Shown here: positions 10,257 through 19,319 of the stretch, one piece after another | How positions within the stretch are numbered: position 1 is the first letter of the stretch | Layout: every line of letters starts with the position of its first letter | DNA from: a virus | Reading direction: 5' to 3' (one strand) | Virus record (IMG/VR): IMGVR_UViG_3300009550_000009 | DNA: 64,000 nucleotides | Program-made: the position numbers and the translations under genes | Notes under the pieces: model-generated | The model's database searches: none | What the model was told of the DNA's origin: nothing | The model's input: the letters and a program-made list of their open reading frames with translations, nothing else

Positions 10257-10859
10257 ATGGCTTTAAGAACTGTCGGGACAGGGGCATCACTACCAATAAA
10301 AGTGGGTGTAGCGCAGACATCTTCGTTTTTCACAGTGCAATCAGGTTACATGCGTGTAGTCGCAAAAGGATCTGGTGCACATGTCACTATTGGAACCGAT
10401 GCTAGTGCAGCAATAACTGATTTGTATATTCATGCAGGCCCCGAAGGTGAAACTTTATCAATGACTAAGGCATCGCAAAGAGTTGTTGGTATAAGCACTG
10501 GAACAACAACTGTTCTCACTGCACCTGAAGGAACACATATGCCATTTGTTCCCGGTGACATCGTAACAGTTGAATTTGGTAGTAATGCATCTGTTGATAC
10601 TAATTACAGTGCAAAACTAACTGGTGGAGTATCAGTTCTTTCAGTTGATAATAACATTCCAAATGTTATATCAGATAACTTTGCTCGCAGTAACATTACT
10701 GTTGCAGCAGATACATCGGGTATTATCACAGCATTTAATTCAGCAGCAGATTCCACTGTAAGAAAAGTTTTAAAACTATCTTGCATTGCTGCAAAGGGTG
10801 AAGGTGCTGCTAATAGTGTATTCCATTTTCAACAAGTTCAAACTACAGGTAGTGCGTAA
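10257..10859 (+). CDS. putative virion structural protein
   Basis: Late promoter; Thr/Ser/Gly/Ala-rich beta composition; head operon. Confidence 0.65.
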   Translation: MALRTVGTGASLPIKVGVAQTSSFFTVQSGYMRVVAKGSGAHVTIGTDASAAITDLYIHAGPEGETLSMTKASQRVVGISTGTTTVLTAPEGTHMPFVPGDIVTVEFGSNASVDTNYSAKLTGGVSVLSVDNNIPNVISDNFARSNITVAADTSGIITAFNSAADSTVRKVLKLSCIAAKGEGAANSVFHFQQVQTTGSA

Positions 10860-11509
10860 TGAAACTGATTAGAGAAGAAATCGAAACCGTTGAATTTCTT
10901 GTCGAACAAAAGAACGGCAAAAAATCAATGTATATCGAAGGTGTATTCTTACAAGGAAACATTAAAAACCGTAATGGTAGAATGTATCCTATGGAAACTC
11001 TTCGTAAAGAGGTTTCTCGTTATAATGAGAATCACATACAATCTGGAAGAGCACTTGGTGAATTAGGTCATCCCGAAGGCCCAACTGTTAATCTAGACCG
11101 TGTTTCCCATAAAATTGTATCACTCAGAGAGAACGGATCCAATTTTATTGGAAAGGCAAAATTATTATCCACACCAATGGGTAAAATTGCGTCTTCTCTC
11201 GTCGAAGAAGGAGTCAAACTCGGAGTCTCATCTCGTGGAGTTGGATCTCTTAAAATGACAAGAGAGGGTATAAATGTAGTAGGAAGCGACTTTATGTTGG
11301 CGACTGCTGCAGATATAGTTGCCGACCCTTCCGCACCAGATGCTTTCGTTGAAGGAATCATGGAAGGAAAGGAGTGGGTATGGGATGGAGGAATACTTCG
11401 AGAGAAGTATGCTGAAAAAACATACAAACAAATTAATACATTAACAGATCAGAAAAAATTAGATGAGCAGAAATTGAACCTGTTCAACGACTTTTTGTCT
11501 AATTTATAA
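10859..11509 (+). CDS. gp21: prohead protease gp21
   Basis: NRNGRMYP, ALGELGHP, GVSSRGVGS, DIVADPSAPDA. Confidence 0.98.
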   Translation: MKLIREEIETVEFLVEQKNGKKSMYIEGVFLQGNIKNRNGRMYPMETLRKEVSRYNENHIQSGRALGELGHPEGPTVNLDRVSHKIVSLRENGSNFIGKAKLLSTPMGKIASSLVEEGVKLGVSSRGVGSLKMTREGINVVGSDFMLATAADIVADPSAPDAFVEGIMEGKEWVWDGGILREKYAEKTYKQINTLTDQKKLDEQKLNLFNDFLSNL

Positions 11510-11559
11510 CTTTTCTAAATAAAAATAGTTTCAAATCAAGACTCATCGGAGTAGTTAAA

Positions 11560-12687
11560 ATGTCTCGTGGCACAAAATTACAAGAAATGGAAGTAAAGAC
11601 ACAGCAATCTAAATCCGCTGTCAATGCTAACGCCAAGCCAGGCGATCCAATGCCAAAACTTACAACAGGTGGAACACCACCAACATATGAAGATCTCGGA
11701 GGGCCAACTCCTGAGAATTATAGACCAGATGATGATTCGGCAAAAATCAAAGAGCCAGGCGGTTCCCTTAAACAAGTTAAGGATGTCGTTAACAAAGGTG
11801 CTAAAGGAGCAGACCCCATGAAGTCCGGTGGGAAAGGTTACAAGGAGGAAGAAGAGGTGGAACTCGAAGACCAGCAAGAAATTGTTTCTGAAGATGACGC
11901 TGCTACCGAAGAGGAAGTAGTTGCAGAAGAAGATCAAGTAACCGAAGAGCAAGTTGAAACTTATGACATCGATGATGATGTCAAAGCTTTACTTGGAGGA
12001 GAAGAACTCTCTGAAGAGTTTAAAAACAAAGCAAAAACAATCTTTGAGACTGCGCTCAAGTCTAAAGTTGCCGAAGTAAGGTCACTTTTAGAGCAGCAAT
12101 ACGAGGAAAAACTCGGACAAGAGATTGTTGAAGCAAAAGAGGAACTCTCAAGTAGAGTTGACTCATATCTTGAGTATGTCGCTGACGAATGGTTTACTGA
12201 AAACCAGTTAGCAGTAGAGACAGGACTCAAAGAAGAACTTACAGAATCATTCCTTGGTGGAATGAAAAGTCTTTTTGAAGAACATTATGTATCAATCCCT
12301 GAAGATAAATACGATGTGCTTGAGAGCATGGTAGAAAAACTTGATGACATGGAAACAAAACTCAATGAGCAAATTGAGAAGAATATTGGATTAAACAAAC
12401 GTCTCGCAGAGTCGGTTGCCGATGGTATTCTTGATGAAGTTTCTGAAGGGCTCGCGTCCACACAGAAAGAGAAGCTCGCTTCACTTGCCGAAAGTGTAGA
12501 GTTTGAAAGTGAATCCGAATATCGTGAGAAGCTAGAGGTTTTAAGAGAATCATATTTCTCTTCAAAATCAACACCTTCATCAGCTAAAACTGAAACTTTA
12601 TCTGAGGGAGTAGATAGTTCACCTGAATCAGTTCAGGGTTCTATGAGTGCATACCTGAAAACACTTTCAGCATTTAGCAAAAACTGA
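11560..12687 (+). CDS. gp22: prohead core scaffold protein gp22
   Basis: Acidic coiled coil with LSEEFKNKAKTIFE and VDSYLEYVADEW; between gp21 and gp23. Confidence 0.95.
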   Translation: MSRGTKLQEMEVKTQQSKSAVNANAKPGDPMPKLTTGGTPPTYEDLGGPTPENYRPDDDSAKIKEPGGSLKQVKDVVNKGAKGADPMKSGGKGYKEEEEVELEDQQEIVSEDDAATEEEVVAEEDQVTEEQVETYDIDDDVKALLGGEELSEEFKNKAKTIFETALKSKVAEVRSLLEQQYEEKLGQEIVEAKEELSSRVDSYLEYVADEWFTENQLAVETGLKEELTESFLGGMKSLFEEHYVSIPEDKYDVLESMVEKLDDMETKLNEQIEKNIGLNKRLAESVADGILDEVSEGLASTQKEKLASLAESVEFESESEYREKLEVLRESYFSSKSTPSSAKTETLSEGVDSSPESVQGSMSAYLKTLSAFSKN

Positions 12688-12732
12688 TTTTAAAATTAAA
12701 TCAAACGTAAACTTTAAAAGGTAAATCCGCAA

Positions 12733-14175
12733 ATGTTTCAATCAGAATCATTGCAGGAAAAGTGGAAGCCACTTCTTAACTATGAGGGCCTTGATGAAAT
12801 CAAAGATCCCCATCGTAAAGCAGTTACCGCTGTCCTGTTAGAAAATCAAGAAAAATTCCTCAGAGAGGAGCAAGCATTTACATCAGGAATCAACCTGATG
12901 GAACAACCAACTGTTAATACAAACACTGGTGCTAATGCTGGTTTCAGTGCTGGTGCAACTGCATCTGGCCCTGTCGCTGGTTTTGACCCTGTATTAATCA
13001 GTCTTATCCGTCGTTCTATGCCTAACTTGGTCGCATATGACCTAGCAGGTGTTCAACCAATGAGCGGCCCAACTGGACTTATCTTCGCGATGAGATCCAA
13101 GTATAACACCATGTCCGGTGGAAGTTCTACAGAAACATTCTACAACGAAGTAGATTCTGCATTCTCCGGTCGTGACAGAGGAACTAACGCCGAAACAGGT
13201 TTTGTTGACGGTGCAGCTGGTATGGGAACAACATCTGTTTCTTCTACTAACCCTGCAGTTCTTAACCCTGTATCATCTGCTGATTCCACATCCTACAGAG
13301 TAGGTCAAGGAATGAGAACAGACGAGGCAGAAGCGTTGAATACTGGTCAAGATCAGTTCAACCAGATGGCATTCTCAATCGAGAAGATCACTGTTACTGC
13401 TAAGTCCAGAGCACTAAAGGCAGAGTATAGTTTAGAACTTGCTCAAGACCTTAAGGCAATCCACGGATTAAACGCAGAGGCAGAACTTGCTAACATCTTA
13501 TCAACTGAGATACTTGCTGAGATAAACAGAGAAGTTATCAGAACAATCTATAAGACTGCAGAGCAAGGTGCTGTTCAAAACGTTGCAACCGCTGGTATAT
13601 TTGACTTAGACGTTGACTCCAACGGTAGATGGTCAGTTGAGAAGTTCAAAGGACTACTCTTCCAGATCGAAAGAGATGCGAACGCAATTGCACAAAGAAC
13701 TCGTAGAGGAAAGGGTAACATCATCCTTTGTTCTGCTGACGTTGCTTCTGCTCTAACAATGGCTGGCGTTCTTGACTACACTCCTGCACTTAATGCTAAC
13801 CTTAACGTTGATGACACCGGTAATACATTTGCTGGAACATTACAAGGTAAGTTCAGAGTATACATCGACCCATATGCTGCTAACCTAACAGGTTCTGCAT
13901 CTGGTGGTGCTGCTCCTACAGGTGGTAATCAATACTATGTTGTTGGTTACAAAGGAACATCTCCATACGATGCTGGATTGTTCTACTGCCCTTACGTTCC
14001 ACTTCAGATGGTTCGTGCAGTGGGAGAAAATAGTTTCCAACCAAAAATCGGGTTTAAGACTCGTTATGGTATGGTTGCTAACCCATTCGCAGAAGGCACA
14101 CAAGCAGGTCTTGGTTTCCTTAGTGTTAACTCAAACCGCTACTACAGACGTGTTGCTGTTAAAAACCTTATGTAA
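12733..14175 (+). CDS. gp23: major capsid protein gp23
   Basis: GVQPMSGPTGLIFAMR, KSRALKAEYSLELAQDLKAIHGL, FQPKIGFKTRYG. Confidence 0.99.
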   Translation: MFQSESLQEKWKPLLNYEGLDEIKDPHRKAVTAVLLENQEKFLREEQAFTSGINLMEQPTVNTNTGANAGFSAGATASGPVAGFDPVLISLIRRSMPNLVAYDLAGVQPMSGPTGLIFAMRSKYNTMSGGSSTETFYNEVDSAFSGRDRGTNAETGFVDGAAGMGTTSVSSTNPAVLNPVSSADSTSYRVGQGMRTDEAEALNTGQDQFNQMAFSIEKITVTAKSRALKAEYSLELAQDLKAIHGLNAEAELANILSTEILAEINREVIRTIYKTAEQGAVQNVATAGIFDLDVDSNGRWSVEKFKGLLFQIERDANAIAQRTRRGKGNIILCSADVASALTMAGVLDYTPALNANLNVDDTGNTFAGTLQGKFRVYIDPYAANLTGSASGGAAPTGGNQYYVVGYKGTSPYDAGLFYCPYVPLQMVRAVGENSFQPKIGFKTRYGMVANPFAEGTQAGLGFLSVNSNRYYRRVAVKNLM

Positions 14176-14197
14176 GCGAGATGCTTATATATTTTTC

Positions 14198-14226
14198 AAA
14201 GAGACCCTTGACGGGTCTCTTTTTTT
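14198..14226 (+). terminator. intrinsic terminator after gp23
   Basis: AAAGAGACCC-TTGAC-GGGTCTCTTT plus T run. Confidence 0.9.
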
Positions 14227-14236
14227 ATGCTATTCT
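14208..14236 (+). promoter_or_regulatory. sigma70-like promoter embedded in the terminator
   Basis: TTGACG-17 nt-TATTCT with extended TG. Confidence 0.65.
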
Positions 14237-14261
14237 ATAAAAGCATACACACATTTACACT

Positions 14262-14465
14262 ATGAAACCCGTAGCACGAGTAACCGACAAGTTTGATGTC
14301 GTCACTTTTTTAGCAGATCAATATCTATTAGAGTCTATTAATAGTATCGATAAAAGATTAGGGCAAGGATATGCCAAAAAGAATCCTCAATTAGTTTCTA
14401 CAATGGTTAAAATTATGCAAGATTGTTCTTTTGTTAATGAAGGACAAATTGCAGTATTAAATTAG
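14262..14465 (+). CDS. hypothetical protein in a promoter-gene-terminator cassette
   Basis: 67-aa ORF between two near-identical terminators. Confidence 0.65.
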   Translation: MKPVARVTDKFDVVTFLADQYLLESINSIDKRLGQGYAKKNPQLVSTMVKIMQDCSFVNEGQIAVLN

Positions 14466-14470
14466 CAAGA

Positions 14471-14495
14471 GGAGACCCGAAAGGGTCTCTTTTTT
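14471..14495 (+). terminator. intrinsic terminator
   Basis: GGAGACCC-GAAA-GGGTCTCT plus T run, followed by late-promoter-like CTAAATA 14498-14504. Confidence 0.9.
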
Positions 14496-14521
14496 ATCTA
14501 AATAAAGAAAAGAGTAATAAT

Positions 14522-15076
14522 ATGTCTCGACCATCACAAATTGAAAATAGAAATTTTCTCTCTCCAGTTGGGTTTAAATTTAATCTTAAACGAAGTCCGG
14601 GGGTTGCTTTCTTTTGCAATACTGCAAATATTCCAGACCTCAACTTAGGAGTTGCCAACCAACCAAACTACTTAAGAGATATACCAGTTCCCGGTGATAA
14701 AATTGATTTCGGTGATTTAAACATCCGATTTCTTGTTGATGAAGACTTAAAAAATTTCATGGAAATACAAAAATGGTTAAGAGGTTTAGGTTTTCCAGAA
14801 GAAGTTCAAGAGTTTCGTGATTGGGAAGCAAGTGGACTTCAACCAAAAAGAAACTATGGTAAAGCACCTCAAGATATTTTTTCTGATGGAACTTTACAGA
14901 TTTTAAGTAGTAACTTTATTCCTAAATTTAATGTTACATTTAAAGATTTATGGCCCTATAGTTTGACTACTTTATCATTCGATGCTACAGATACAGATAT
15001 TGAATACTTTACAGCTGATGCAAGTTTCAAATATACCATGTATAATATAACTGACTTATCCAATAATCCTTTATGA
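14522..15076 (+). CDS. gp3: tail completion / sheath stabiliser gp3
   Basis: NRNFLSPVGFKF, PGDKIDFGDL..RFLVDEDL.N..EI..W. Confidence 0.9.
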   Translation: MSRPSQIENRNFLSPVGFKFNLKRSPGVAFFCNTANIPDLNLGVANQPNYLRDIPVPGDKIDFGDLNIRFLVDEDLKNFMEIQKWLRGLGFPEEVQEFRDWEASGLQPKRNYGKAPQDIFSDGTLQILSSNFIPKFNVTFKDLWPYSLTTLSFDATDTDIEYFTADASFKYTMYNITDLSNNPL

Positions 15077-15507
15077 TTGATCTTGAAAAACTTCAAGAGA
15101 TGTGGGAAAAAGATGCAAAAATAGATCGTGATAATCTACATGATGAGTCACTTAATATCCCCTCTCTACATGCAAAGTATTTTGAATTATATAATACAAT
15201 CTTTCTATTAAGAAAAAAAGCAGAACAACAAAGAAAAAATATTCGTCATGAACGGTATGAGTATTTTAGTGGAAAAGCAGATCCAGATGTTTATATTGAG
15301 AATCCATTTCCAAAAAAGATAAGAGATAAAGATACCATGACTAAGTATCTTGATGCAGATGATAAATTATCAAATGCCACTTTGAAAATAGATTACTATG
15401 ATACGATGTTAGTATATCTCGAAAGTATTCTTAAAGTAATACAAAATAGGACATTTCAAATTAAAAATGCTATTGAGTTTATGAGATTTAATTCTGGACT
15501 GGGTTGA
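15073..15507 (+). CDS. uvsY: recombination mediator UvsY
   Basis: ESLNIPSLHAKY, RYEYFSGKA, NRTFQIKNAIEF. Confidence 0.93.
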   Translation: MIDLEKLQEMWEKDAKIDRDNLHDESLNIPSLHAKYFELYNTIFLLRKKAEQQRKNIRHERYEYFSGKADPDVYIENPFPKKIRDKDTMTKYLDADDKLSNATLKIDYYDTMLVYLESILKVIQNRTFQIKNAIEFMRFNSGLG

Positions 15508-15534
15508 TAAATACATATAGATTTATGGATCTAT

Positions 15535-17007
15535 GTGACAGCAAACGTTGTTATATCTAAAGCAAATGAAGTATTCTTGACAGTAAATGCTGAACCACAC
15601 ATTCAGTATGAACTTCGAGATCATTTCACATTTCAGGTTGAGGGTGCAAAGTTTATGCCCCAATATCGTAATCGTAACTGGAATGGTGAAATACATTTAT
15701 TTGATCTACGGTCAAAAAGAATTTACATTGGACTGTTAGATCGTATCATAGCATTTTGTAAGAAGCACGATTATAGTTATAGATTTGAAGATAATGAATA
15801 TTACGGATCTCCTTTTGAGTTGAATGAAAGGATTTCATATGAAGGTGTAAAAGATTATATACGTTCTATTTCAAGAATTTCCCCTCGTAATTATCAGATA
15901 GATGGAGTATATGATGCCTTACGGCACAATAGAAAATTATTGATATCACCGACTGCTTCAGGTAAATCTTTGATGATTTACGCTCTTGTAAGATATTATG
16001 TAGATAAATCTCAAAAAATCCTGCTAGTTGTTCCAACGACATCCCTTGTAGAACAGATGTATAAGGACTTTCAAGATTATGGTTGGGATTCTGATTCATA
16101 TTGCCATCGAATATATTCTGGAAAAGAAAAGACCAATGAATATCCAGTTACGATTACAACATGGCAATCTGTATATAAACTTGAAAGATCTTTCTTTGAA
16201 GATTATAGTGTAATCATTGGAGATGAAGCTCACCTGTTTAAGAGTAAGTCATTAATATCTATAATGACAAAACTACATCATGCAAAATATCGTTTTGGAT
16301 TTACTGGAACTTTGGATGGAACACAAACACATAAGTGGGTATTGGAGGGATTATTTGGCCCATCATATAAAGTAACTAAAACAGATGAATTGATGAAGCA
16401 GGGTCATCTATCTCAATTGGATATACAATGTTTGGTTCTCAAACACTCTCCACAAAAATTTGAAACATATGAAGATGAACTGCAATATTTAATCACACAT
16501 TCACAAAGAAATCGTTTCATAACTAACTTAGCACTTGATCTAAAAGGTAATACTCTTATCTTATACAGTCGAGTAGAAACTCATGGTGCAGTTTTATATG
16601 AACTAATAAATACTAACAAGAGTGGTAATCGAAAAGTTTTCTTTGTTCATGGTGGTGTGGATGCTGAAGAAAGAGAACAGATTCGTGAAATCACTGAGAG
16701 AGAAGTGAATGCTATTATTGTTGCATCCTATGGAACATTTTCAACAGGTATCAATATTAAAAACTTGCATAATATTGTTTTTGCCTCTCCGTCAAAGTCT
16801 CGAATTAGAAACCTCCAAAGCATTGGCAGAATACTCAGAAAAGGAACTAACAAAACCAAAGCTATTCTATACGATATCTCTGATGACTGCTCTAATAAAT
16901 CTAGAAAAAACTACACATTAAATCACCTAATAGAAAGGATAAAAATTTATAACGAAGAAAACTTTAACTATGAAATAATTACAATTCAATTAAAAGGAGA
17001 CAAATGA
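15535..17007 (+). CDS. uvsW: SF2 helicase UvsW
   Basis: SPTASGKS, GDEAH, GFTGT, LQSIGRILR. Confidence 0.96.
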   Translation: MTANVVISKANEVFLTVNAEPHIQYELRDHFTFQVEGAKFMPQYRNRNWNGEIHLFDLRSKRIYIGLLDRIIAFCKKHDYSYRFEDNEYYGSPFELNERISYEGVKDYIRSISRISPRNYQIDGVYDALRHNRKLLISPTASGKSLMIYALVRYYVDKSQKILLVVPTTSLVEQMYKDFQDYGWDSDSYCHRIYSGKEKTNEYPVTITTWQSVYKLERSFFEDYSVIIGDEAHLFKSKSLISIMTKLHHAKYRFGFTGTLDGTQTHKWVLEGLFGPSYKVTKTDELMKQGHLSQLDIQCLVLKHSPQKFETYEDELQYLITHSQRNRFITNLALDLKGNTLILYSRVETHGAVLYELINTNKSGNRKVFFVHGGVDAEEREQIREITEREVNAIIVASYGTFSTGINIKNLHNIVFASPSKSRIRNLQSIGRILRKGTNKTKAILYDISDDCSNKSRKNYTLNHLIERIKIYNEENFNYEIITIQLKGDK

Positions 17008-17399
17008 TAGAAGATGATTTTTATGCTACAATAAAATTTAAGAATGGTGAAGAAATATTTGCCAAGGTAGCAGCCTCTGAAGAAGAGGATAGAACTTTAC
17101 TTATTGTATCTAATCCTATCGTTATTAATGAAGTTAAAGCAAAGAATGGAATTTCTGGATATCGAATTGAACCATGGTTAAAAACAACTAAAGAAGATAT
17201 ATTCATGATTAATTTAACAGATATCCTAACCTTATCAGAATCATATGATGTTGAAGTAATTTCAATGTATCAAAAATGGGTAAAGGATACAACAAGAGTA
17301 AAAAACAAAGAACCAAAACTAAGTCGTGAAATGGGATATATTGCTAGTGTAAGTGATGCAAAAGATATATTAGAAAAACTATTTAAACTTAAAGGCTAA
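17004..17399 (+). CDS. conserved hypothetical protein (possible Sm-like fold)
   Basis: IKFKNGEEIFAKV..NP..EPW pattern; usual slot between uvsW and gp55. Confidence 0.75.
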   Translation: MIEDDFYATIKFKNGEEIFAKVAASEEEDRTLLIVSNPIVINEVKAKNGISGYRIEPWLKTTKEDIFMINLTDILTLSESYDVEVISMYQKWVKDTTRVKNKEPKLSREMGYIASVSDAKDILEKLFKLKG

Positions 17400-17424
17400 T
17401 TACCCTTGAACCTCTACAAAGGTT

Positions 17425-17453
17425 ATTCTACACATATTTTAATACCTTGTCAA
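17425..17453 (-). promoter_or_regulatory. leftward (antisense) sigma70-like promoter
   Basis: Minus strand TTGACA-17 nt-TAGAAT. Confidence 0.6.
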
Positions 17454-17458
17454 GTAGC

Positions 17459-17487
17459 TTGCTATTTTGATACAAAAATGTTATAAT
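17459..17487 (+). promoter_or_regulatory. sigma70-like promoter for gp55
   Basis: TTGCTA-17 nt-TATAAT with extended TG. Confidence 0.7.
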
Positions 17488-17512
17488 TTCTACATAATAA
17501 TGATTAATAGTT

Positions 17513-18007
17513 ATGGCAATAATTAAACCTATGCCGAAAAGAAAACGATCTGAACATTATGTGAATAACAAAGAGTTTCTTGCTGCTTTGATTCGATACC
17601 GTGAAGATGTAGAGATAGCAGAAATTAGAGGTAATCCAAAACCAGTTATTCCAAGATATATTGGTGATTGTTTTTTAAAGATTGCTAATCATCTATCATT
17701 TAAACCAAACTTTGTAAATTATATGTTCAAGGAGGACATGATCTCTGATGGAATCGAAAATTGCGTTCAATACATACATAATTTTAATCCTGAGAAATCC
17801 AAAAATCCTTTTGCTTACTTTACGCAGATTATTCATTTTGCGTTTCTCAGGAGAATACAAAGAGAAAAAAGACAATTAGATATTAAAAATAAAATACTAG
17901 AAAGATCCGGTTATGATGAAGTCTTTCATGGTGATAAGGTTGACGGAATGGCTACTTCCGACTATAATCAAATTAAGGATGCAGTGCACTCTAAACTACG
18001 TTATTAA
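17513..18007 (+). CDS. gp55: late-transcription sigma factor gp55
   Basis: HYVNNKEFL, DMISDGIENC, NPFAYFTQI. Confidence 0.97.
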   Translation: MAIIKPMPKRKRSEHYVNNKEFLAALIRYREDVEIAEIRGNPKPVIPRYIGDCFLKIANHLSFKPNFVNYMFKEDMISDGIENCVQYIHNFNPEKSKNPFAYFTQIIHFAFLRRIQREKRQLDIKNKILERSGYDEVFHGDKVDGMATSDYNQIKDAVHSKLRY

Positions 18008-19047
18008 TGAAAATTGCGATTATAACAGATCAACACTTCGGGTGTCGTAAGAACTCGCAAATTTTTCATGATTATTTTTTGAAATTTTATAATGATATAT
18101 TTTTTCCTAAACTAGAAGAAGAAGGTATCACTACCATAATTGATATGGGAGATACTTTCGATAGTCGAAAGGGGATTGATTTTTCTGCTTTAACTTGGGC
18201 AAAGAAAAATTACTTTGATAGACTTAAGCAGATGGGTATAACAGTTCATACTATTGTTGGAAATCATACTGCATATTATAAAAATACAAATGAAGTAAAT
18301 GCTATTGATTTATTATTGAAAGAATATGACAATGTAAGAGTATATTCTGAAACAACTAATATATGCATAGATGGATTAAATATTCTCCTTGTTCCTTGGA
18401 TCAATTCAGAAAATAAAGAAAAAAGTTTAGCATTAATTAAAGACTCACAATCTCCTGTTTGTATGGGACATCTGGAGTTAAAGGGTTATAAAGTAAATGA
18501 ATATGTTGTAATGGATCATGGGTTAGATGATAAACCTTTTGAAAAATTTGAAAGAGTTTTCTCTGGACATTTTCATACAAGATCAAATAATGGTAAAGTT
18601 TATTACTTTGGTAATCCTTATGAAATGTATTGGAATGATTATGATGATACAAGAGGATTTCATTTCTTTGATACAAACACCTTAGAGCATACTGCAGTTA
18701 ATAATCCATATCGTTTCTTCTATAAAATTTATTATGAGGATACACCTCATCAAACTTTTGATACAAGAGAATACGAAAATAAAATTGTAAAATTAATTGT
18801 TCGTAAAAAATCTGATCCTAAAAAGTTTGAAAAGTTTATTGATAAATTATATGCTTCAAATATTCATGAACTTAAAGTTATTGAAAATTTTCAATTGCAT
18901 GAGAATGAAGAGTTTGAGGCTTTTGAATCAGAAGACACTCTCTCTATTTTAAATAGGTATGTTGAAGAATCTGATGTTGATCTCAAAAAATCTACAATAC
19001 AAGATTTGATTAAAGAAGTTTATCAAGAGGCATGTGAATTAGTTTAA
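18007..19047 (+). CDS. gp47: recombination endonuclease gp47 (Mre11/SbcD-like)
   Basis: TDQHFG, GDTFD, GNH, SGHFH phosphoesterase motifs. Confidence 0.96.
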   Translation: MKIAIITDQHFGCRKNSQIFHDYFLKFYNDIFFPKLEEEGITTIIDMGDTFDSRKGIDFSALTWAKKNYFDRLKQMGITVHTIVGNHTAYYKNTNEVNAIDLLLKEYDNVRVYSETTNICIDGLNILLVPWINSENKEKSLALIKDSQSPVCMGHLELKGYKVNEYVVMDHGLDDKPFEKFERVFSGHFHTRSNNGKVYYFGNPYEMYWNDYDDTRGFHFFDTNTLEHTAVNNPYRFFYKIYYEDTPHQTFDTREYENKIVKLIVRKKSDPKKFEKFIDKLYASNIHELKVIENFQLHENEEFEAFESEDTLSILNRYVEESDVDLKKSTIQDLIKEVYQEACELV

Positions 19048-19319
19048 TGTTTGTTCTAACAATCGTAGGAAGAGAAGATGAAGGAGCATACTCTGTTCAA
19101 AATGAAGAAGGTGATAGTATCTTGTATCTTTTTGAAGAACAAGACGATGCTGTTAGATATGCTATGATGTTAGAGGATATGGATTATCCTGAAATGCATG
19201 TGATGGAAGTCGATCCAGCTGCTATGTTAAACTTATGTCAAAATTATGATTATGAATACACGGTTATTACTCCAAATGATATTGTTATCCCACCTGATAT
19301 AGAGCATGATTTTATTTGA
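19047..19319 (+). CDS. hypothetical protein (DUF3110-like)
   Basis: EGAYSV..LYLFEEQDDAVRYAMMLE pattern. Confidence 0.65.
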   Translation: MFVLTIVGREDEGAYSVQNEEGDSILYLFEEQDDAVRYAMMLEDMDYPEMHVMEVDPAAMLNLCQNYDYEYTVITPNDIVIPPDIEHDFI

